From the human T2T-CHM13v2.0 reference genome, Homo sapiens, in the NCBI RefSeq assembly GCF_009914755.1, contig NC_060937.1: 64,000 bases of DNA. One strand, given 5' to 3'. The stretch's first letter is position 1. Each line of letters starts with the position of its first letter. The notes below the pieces were generated by a model. The model was not told the origin of the DNA. It saw only the letters and a list, made by a program, of their open reading frames with translations, and searched no databases. Positions 56,180 through 64,000 of this stretch are shown here, piece by piece. The position numbers and the translations under genes were made by a program.

Positions 56180-56800
56180 CAGACATTTATATAAAGACAA
56201 TTTCCTTAGTTCTTATAATTACAAAATATCATTTTTTGTTATTTTAGAATGATAATTTAGTTAAACAAGGATTTTTTCTTTTTTAGAATTTTAACTTCGC
56301 AATTATTTTCCCTCAGAATTTTGCAGATACAGACTCCTTTGGAGTCTAGAGTCTAGAATTGCTAATTCAAAAGTTATAGCAAGAAAGTTCCACTTCCACT
56401 TAAGATATGGAACATGAAAGAGCATTACTAATACCTTAATAATTTGGGGGAAAAATAGTGGAACATACTACAAAATCATCTCTATTCTTGAATCCAACAG
56501 AGAGCTGATATTGCAAGGAAATGAAATAGCCTAAAATCCAAGGAAAGACAGGGCATGCAAAGGGAGACAGATTGATACTTGTAACAGAGCATGGAGGGAA
56601 GATGAGGCCACCTTTGTCCTCTTCCATTGCATAAGAGCCTGCTCCATGACAGGGTGTAACTGATAGAATATGGTAGAAGTACAGCTATACCAGTTTCTCT
56701 GCCTAGACCTTAAGAAAATGGCAACTTTACTTTCTATCTTTTGGAAAACAATCTCTCTGAATCCTCACCTGCCATATGAGTTTGACTCTCCCAGGAGAGA
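56180..56800. mobile_element. Mosaic of old fragments: L1M/HAL1 (-), L1M 5' region (+, ~56390-56580), MLT1G-like (+, ~56600-56800)
   Basis: aattattttccctcagaattttg; cagagagctgatattgcaagg...aaatccaaggaaagacagg; gatagaatatggtagaagt...gaccttaagaaaatggcaac. Confidence 0.5.
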
Positions 56801-56806
56801 TGGTAT

Positions 56807-57237
56807 TGTTAAAAGGAAAATTTCAGCCAAACTAATTTAAAGGAGTTTAATGGAGCAATGAACGATTCATGAATTGGGCAGCCCCCAGAATCACAGCAGA
56901 TTCAGAGAGACTCCAGGGATGCCTTGTGGTCAGAACAAATTTATAGACAAATAAAGTGACGTGACATACAGGAATCAGAAGTGAGGTACAGAAACAGCTG
57001 GACTGGTTACAGATTGGCATTTGCCTTATTTGAACACAGTTTGAACACTCAGCGGTGTATGAGTGGCTGAAGTATGGCTGCTGGGATTTACCAAGACCCA
57101 GCTATTGTTATAAGTGCTAACTCCTAAGTTAAGTTTAAAATTTTCTCTGCCTATTAATTTAGGTTGCGGTTCATCCACAAGGTCTCAAATACAGAAGTAC
57201 AAAGTCTTTCTCAGGCCATATTTAGTTTGCTTTAACA
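56807..57237 (-). mobile_element. MER57-family (ERV1) solo LTR, second copy
   Basis: tgttaaaaggaaaatttcagcc...ggccatatttagtttgctttaaca; 4-bp TSD GTAT (56803-56806 / 57238-57241); colinear with 7681-8105. Confidence 0.92.
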
Positions 57238-57544
57238 GTATAAACCATGTGACTTGCTAATATTTGACATTCTTTGATCTTAAAAAAATAAATTTTGTAG
57301 GTTTCAGCCTAATATAAATTTTGAGAAATATTAAGAATGTGCACCCTGGAAATGGTTGACTAGTAGGAATTCTAATCAGAAGCCTGAAACAAGGAAAGGT
57401 AAAAACATGCCATCTATTTTTCTCTCTGATGAGACCAGAGGTTGGTTAAATAACGTATTTAATAAAACCAAAAGTATTTTTCTCTAGTGGTCTAGCAGTT
57501 AGAATTTTTAAAAAGTATTTTAATTGAAGAAATACTAACGTTAA

Positions 57545-57880
<336 letters not shown>

Positions 57881-58860
57881 TCTATTGTTTCAAAAGAAGG
57901 TTATAAGGACCTAGGAAGTTCAAGAGCCTGAACACTTTGTGATGTCATCCAAGTCTTTGTATCCAATCACTGATTCAATTATTTTAGTGCAAATATCTGA
58001 CCATAAGATAAGCTGAATTCTGTCCTTTGAGTATTTTGTGCTCTGGCTTGAGTCAACATTTTATGCTGTGTACAATTAGAGGACATAAAAGGCAGAGAAC
58101 CTGGACTTCATTATACTCAGTACAATTGATTTTGTCCATACTTGATAATACATGTTTGCATGTACAGTAGAATTCTGTCTGAGATTGCAGGGAAAGAGAC
58201 CTTTAATTCTCACATAACTCTACATATAGAAGGCTAATGATATTACTAAAAATTACCTAACACTTACGAATGAAAAATAAGCTTAAGTCAGGGCACATGT
58301 AGAGCACTTCTCTTCTGTCAACTGATAAAATGCAAGGGGTTTACTTTGGGGTCTCAAAACATAGCTAACAGTCTTGACTCTCAGGCTGCTCACTCAGTTA
58401 CTATTAAATATCACAGACAACCCTATAGTATTTGGCCAAAAATTCCAACTTGATCTCTTCTTTGACAATGAGCTGCAAAGCTAGACTGATCAGCGCAACT
58501 GTTCAACTATTCACCTTCCATTATTCGCCTTGTTTTTTGGACCCAATGCTCATTCTCTTTTTGCACACCTATGAACCCAAAACCTCTCTGAGATTTTAGA
58601 TTACTACTCACTTCCTCAGCTTCTAACTCTCATGCATACTTCCCATGTGGCTTACTACTTCTTTTTTAATTCTTGTCTTCTTGCTCTTTTATATAATCCG
58701 TTTAAAACTTAACAAAGACTTGGAAAGATAAGTAAAAAATGCATATGTTTAGTCTGCCATCTTGAATTCAAATTTGCATTAAACAAATATAGGTTAGTTC
58801 CATGAGACTTACATTTCAATGCACTAGGGACAGTCATTCTTTACCAATTATAATACTCCC

Positions 58861-59235
58861 TGATGTGGTTTGGTTGTGTCCCCACCCAAATCTCATCTCA
58901 AATTGTAATCCAAATTGTAATCTTCACCTGTTGGTGAAGGGGCACAGTGGGAGGTGTTTGGATCATGGGAGTGGTTTCCACCTTGCTTCTCTTGTGACAG
59001 TGAGTGAGTTATCACGAGATCTGATAGCTTTATAAGTGGCTGTTTTTTTTCTTTCTCTCTCTCTCTGTCTCACCTGCTGCCATGTAAGACATGCCTGCTT
59101 CCCCTTTCACCATTATTCTAAGTTTCCTGAGGCCTCCCCAGCCATGCAGAACTGTGAGTCAACTAAACCTCTTTTCTTTATAAGTTACGCAGTCTCGGGA
59201 AGTTCTTTATAGCGGTGTGAAAACGGCCTAATACA
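58861..59235 (+). mobile_element. THE1D-like (MaLR) solo LTR
   Basis: tgatgtggtttggttgtgtccccacccaaatctcatc...gaggcctccccagccatgcagaactgtgagtcaa...ctaataca; TSD ctccc / ctcac. Confidence 0.92.
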
Positions 59236-61029
59236 CTCACCAAATATCCACCAAGTATTCAGTATTCTTGAATACTTACTATGCCCCAAGTGGTCCCGTG
59301 TATGTCTTGTATCCATATTTCTATTGCTTAGTAGTCTGAAATCTATGTATTCTCATAAAATGAAATTATGCTTCAAAATTTAAGCAGACATTTGAAATTA
59401 TTGGAGCCCAGAGAGAGGTTCTCAATCTCAGTCCAAGAGAAAAAGCTGAAATCTCATAAAGGAGGATTTTAAATTGAGTACATAAAGACACAAAAAGTTT
59501 GGCAGGTAAAAAAAGTGAAAATGGCAGAAAGTCTGGAGACAAAATTGTTTATCTGGTAAATGAAAAAAACACTTAATATGGCTAAAAATCAAGATTTATG
59601 GGGGAAAACTATAGCAGAAAAGACCAGATACTTGAACATTAGAATAATACTAAGATTCTTGTTTCTATCTCTTACCTAAGGGAGGAGGCCAGCTGAAACT
59701 GGAGACCCTCGGTATCCAGGGACCCCCAGTCTGCACCAGGGCATTCTGTTACACAGCTGTCTCTAACAACAGGAGTCTAGGAACACTGAAAGTGTATTGT
59801 ATAATTGTTAAGATATTCACACCAGAGTGACTGAAGATAAAAAGAGGAAGAGGGGATGTTCTTGAAAATGCTGTGAGTGAAGGGATCGAATGATGTGGCT
59901 GGCTTAATGAGGGAAGAAGCAGCAGGCAGAAAAAAAACAAAGTTCGAGGCTGAATAGAAGGCATTGGGGAATAAAAGCTATGAGAGATGATGCCATTTAC
60001 TGATTGCAGATACTAATCTTTCATAGTTCAAAGATGGAGAATTTCCAGGTGTTAACAAGGTCCTGTGTGTGGCCATGAGAGTGTGTGGCAGAGTGCCTGG
60101 AACTGAAAAATATCAAGGAGGAAGCGTTAAGAGGCCAAGAAAGCATTGGTGTTAATACACAAGAAGAAGAATCACACTACAGTGGGAATCCCTTGGTGTT
60201 CTGCATACTGATAGGTGACACCACAGATGTGACACAGTGTTGACGTTAAATTATTACTTGTTAAATGAAAGAAGAGAAGAAAGTGTTATTTGGATTGTAC
60301 ATTAGAGGAATAAGAATCAAGAAAGTCACTGACTAGAAATTAGAAGCATGGGATTATAAGATATTCTGCAGAAAATAAATATTTGACAACAAAATGTAAA
60401 ATAATGATGCAAAAGAGAAAAATAGCAAAATATAATTTCAAAGTTTCTATTACAGCATGGAAGAATTGTGGTACCACTGAAAGAAATTAGATGGTAAAGA
60501 AGGCAATCTGGAATTGAGGGAACATTGCTAACTCAATCTTTACCAACTGTGCTTGTGGTTACACAGAAATGGATGATATCAGAACAACTTGAGTTAGACA
60601 AAATAAACAAGGGCAACATGTTTGTATTTTTAATCTTCTGTTTTGTTTTGTTTTCAGTGGAAGATAACAAGTAGGCAGTCCTAAATTTCCCCTTAAGTAT
60701 ACACACAAGGAAAAAATGAAAATCATATTTTTTGTTAGTCATATATTCTCTCGCTTAACTTTCCCCAGTACCTCTATGAAATGAACTTGTTTACACACCT
60801 TAACAGTTGAGGTTACTAAATGGTACTCGTCAGGTTCACAACTGTTAAGTAGCACAAATGGGAACTAAATAGAATATGTTTGCCTCTAAATGCCATGATT
60901 TTACCTCCCTATCATACATAAAAGAATTTGTAATTTTAGAAACTCATAATATAAATGCTTCCAAAATAAGTAGCACGTAACTTTTTGTGAGATCCTCAGA
61001 ATTCAGGTTGACTAATAAGTTCAGAAAGG

Positions 61030-61260
61030 CAGTAGCTAAGAACATGGACTTTAGAATTGCAAAGACTCGGCTTTAAGTTTAAACTCTGACTTTTTTTTTG
61101 CCATGTAATACTGGGTAAATCACTTAACTCCTCTTAGACTTAGTTTCCTCATTTGTAATGAAAGACAAATAAAAATCCTGATCTCATGACAATGTGACAA
61201 ATGAGGTAATGCATGTCAATTTATTATCACAGAGCTAAATCAATATTAGCTATTAATAAC
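61030..61260 (+). mobile_element. MIR SINE
   Basis: gctaagaacatggactttagaat...ctgggtaaatcacttaactcctc...tagtttcctcatttgtaa. Confidence 0.75.
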
Positions 61261-61379
61261 TAATGAACTAAGTGTATTATTTTTAGTTCTACAGTCTTAA
61301 TTTTACACATATTTATACAAAATATTTCTCCATGGTTGTATCATACTAAACATTCCTACACTTCCGCTAAAAAATTATA

Positions 61380-61831
61380 CAGTTGACCATTGAACAATGT
61401 GGAGGTTATGGCTGCCAACTCCCCCAGCCCCAGCCACGCAGTCAGCAATTTTTATGTAACTTAGACTCCTCAAAAGCTTGACTACTGACAACCTACTGTT
61501 GAATGAAAACCTCACAGATAACAAGCAGTAAGTTAACACATATTTTGTATGTTGTATGATTTATATTCTGTATTCTTACAATAAAGCTGCAGAAAAGAAA
61601 ATGCTATTAAGAAATCCATAGGGAAGAGAAAATATATTTACTATTCATGAAGTGGAAGTGGATCATCATAAAGGTTTTCATCCTCATCGTCTTCATACTG
61701 AGTAGGCTGAGAAGGGGGAAGAAGAGGAGGGTTTGGTTTTTCTGTGTCTGGGGTAACCGAGGTGGCAGCAAATCTGCAGATAAGTGGATTTATCCACATA
61801 GTTTCCACCTATGTTATTCAAGGGTTAGCCA
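61380..61831 (-). mobile_element. Tigger2a (TcMar-Tigger) non-autonomous element
   Basis: TA + cagttgaccattgaacaa TIR ... gtggaagtggatcatcataaaggttttcatcctcatcgtcttca ... tgttattcaagggttagcca. Confidence 0.88.
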
Positions 61832-62764
61832 CATTCAGGTTATTGCAATTACAACATCTTGATCTGTACAAATTAACCACTGAACATTTTAGGCTCATCT
61901 GTTATGCTTTAATATTGCAATGTGAACATTACAAGACTCAGGATGCACCTCGAATAAAATAAACAGCTATTAAGATGCCAAATTAGCGACAGAAAACGTA
62001 AAATCTGATTAAATTTTCTTTATATTTCTTCTAGATTACTCTTTACAGTCAATAGAATTAATGGGTTACTATCAACAAAAATCATTGGATTCCCTTAGCA
62101 TCAGAATAAAGAATAACCAAATTGTGTGATCAAACTAGGTTAATACTCACTTTGGCAAAAATTATGTTAACTCAAAATCATGTTAACATCAAAGCTATAC
62201 AGTGATGTATAAAAACTGGGACTCCCATGAAACTAGAGTTAATAATACAAATGCACAAAACAGGAAGCATAACATTTGAGTTGAAAAACTCTTAGAGTAA
62301 AATGTTTAAATTATCTGATTGGAAATGTTAGAGAACAGAAATGATCATTGACATTTCAGTTTTGATATCAACATAAATGATAGTGGTGATGGTGGTGGCA
62401 TTCCCTCCTGGAATCAATTAGGAATGTCTCTCCTGCTATCTGCCTGGAGAGCCATCTTTCATCAGGGTAAAGATCACCCTGTCCTGTACAGGCACCATTC
62501 TTTAGAGAAGCTGGATAATACAGCTGGAGCAGAATTGAACAAAAGTGCATTTATATGAATGGATCATGTTATCATTTTTCAATTTAAAGGACCTACTTTC
62601 CCCTGCACCCTGTCTCTACTCTTCTTCTCTGATTATCTGCAACTACCGTTCTCCACCCATTCAACTGCATTCGCAAACTTTTCTAAGGATATAAGTGAAG
62701 CTGAATACATAGTGAATTTAATAACAAACGAGTGGCCCAAGCACTATATATTTTACCTCTCTGT

Positions 62765-63092
62765 CTTAGACTGGGTGGCCTAAAATGCAGGAATTTATTT
62801 TTCATAACTCTGGAGACTGGGGAGTCTGAGTTCAAAGTGCTGACAGAGAGGGTTCTTGGTGAAGGCTCTCTTCCTGACTTGCAGAAGGCTGCCTTCTTGC
62901 TGTGTCCTCAAATGGTGGAGAGAAAGATCATATCTTCCATCTCTTCTTACATGGACACTAGTCTCATTCATAAGGGCTCTACCCTCATGACCTTATTTAC
63001 CTCCCAGAGGTCCCACTTCCTCACATCATCACATTAGGAATTAGGGCTTTAATACATGAACTTTGGGCCCATAAAATATTTGGTCCAAAGCA
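62765..63092 (-). mobile_element. MLT1A-type LTR
   Basis: agactgggtggcctaaa...ggtgaaggctctcttcctgacttgcagaaggctgccttcttgctgtgtcctca...ggctctaccctcatgacc. Confidence 0.88.
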
Positions 63093-63640
63093 CTCTTCAT
63101 CAACAGTAGCAGTTCCTCCAAGGGAAGGTAACTAAATGACATTGCAACTGCACTGTGAAGTCACTGGCAGAGTCAGGCCAGTTTGTACCCTGCCAGTGTG
63201 ACTAAATCAAGACCTCAGGCATACAGGCAAGAAAAATGCAGCCTATAAGGCCACACAAAGAGACAGATATCCAGACAAAGGGCAGTGGCTTCAGGATCCA
63301 TAAAGATCTAGTTATCCCTATGCAGCCCGTGCTTCCTAAGCCCAGCAACCCTTTGGCATTGTGAGGTTTCATCTAGCTTCTACAGGCGGCGCTTCAGGTG
63401 CAGAGGAGATCTGCAAAAGCTGCTATGAAGCGTCCCCCACAGTTGTGCCTGTCCTGGCGCAGAGTCCCACGTGTGCCCTCTCTGCTTATGGCAGGGTCTT
63501 TAACTCTCTAAGTCAATAGAACAGGATTTTCTCTTCTCAAATGTGAGCCTACCTAGACAGACTTGTAATTCTCTGACCAGAAAAAAAATATATATCTAGC
63601 ATAAGGATAAGGATAAGATCACTTCTCTCTGTGTTGCGCC

Positions 63641-63831
63641 TTTTTGTTTTCTTTTTTTTTTTTTTTCCTCTTTTTTTGGACAAAGGGTCGTGCTCTGTCT
63701 CCCAGGCTAGAGTGCAGTGATGCAATCATAGCTCACTTCAGTTTCCACCTCTTCTGGGCTCAGTGATCCTCCCACTTCAGTTTTCTAAAACTTCGATTAC
63801 AGACAGATGTGCACCACCACGCCTGGCTAAT
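63641..63831 (-). mobile_element. AluJ right arm / FRAM
   Basis: poly-T, agggtcgtgctctgtctcccaggctagagtgcagtgatgcaatcatagctcac...caccacgcctggctaa. Confidence 0.85.
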
Positions 63832-64000
63832 GGGGTGTGGATTTAAACTCTTTTTATTTACCGACATAATTACAAATTTAACACGTGAGTGTTAACACAA
63901 TTGCAAAAACTCTTTAGTTTTCATTTATTAAAATATAAATTCTAATTAAATGATTACAGCATGTATGGCATAGTAGGCAGAACAAAAATTTTGAAACAAA

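Overview
Primate (most likely human) nuclear DNA. It is AT-rich, CpG-depleted and non-coding (intergenic or deep intronic). I find no credible protein-coding exon, RNA gene, CpG island, CRISPR array or prokaryotic system. The listed ORFs are chance frames or derive from Alu, L1 or LTR sequence. A large part of the window is interspersed repeat: 11 Alu or Alu-monomer copies (including one young AluY), L1/HAL1/L2/MIR fragments, MaLR/ERVL/ERV1 LTRs (MLT1, MLT2A, THE1, MST, MER4, two MER57) and DNA-transposon MITEs (MADE1, MER5, MER58, MER94, Tigger2a). The most notable structures are a 444-bp pure-A/T self-complementary minisatellite, a MER57 LTR inserted just downstream of an MLT2A TATA box, a MER4 LTR split by a block containing older sequence, a GC-rich ~95-bp x3 minisatellite inside L1MC, a perfect 37-bp tandem duplication and several AG|GT recursive-splice-like motifs. 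I see no convincing new biological system. Repeat names come from my recall of consensus sequences, not from a RepeatMasker run, so subfamily calls and the edges of old elements are approximate.
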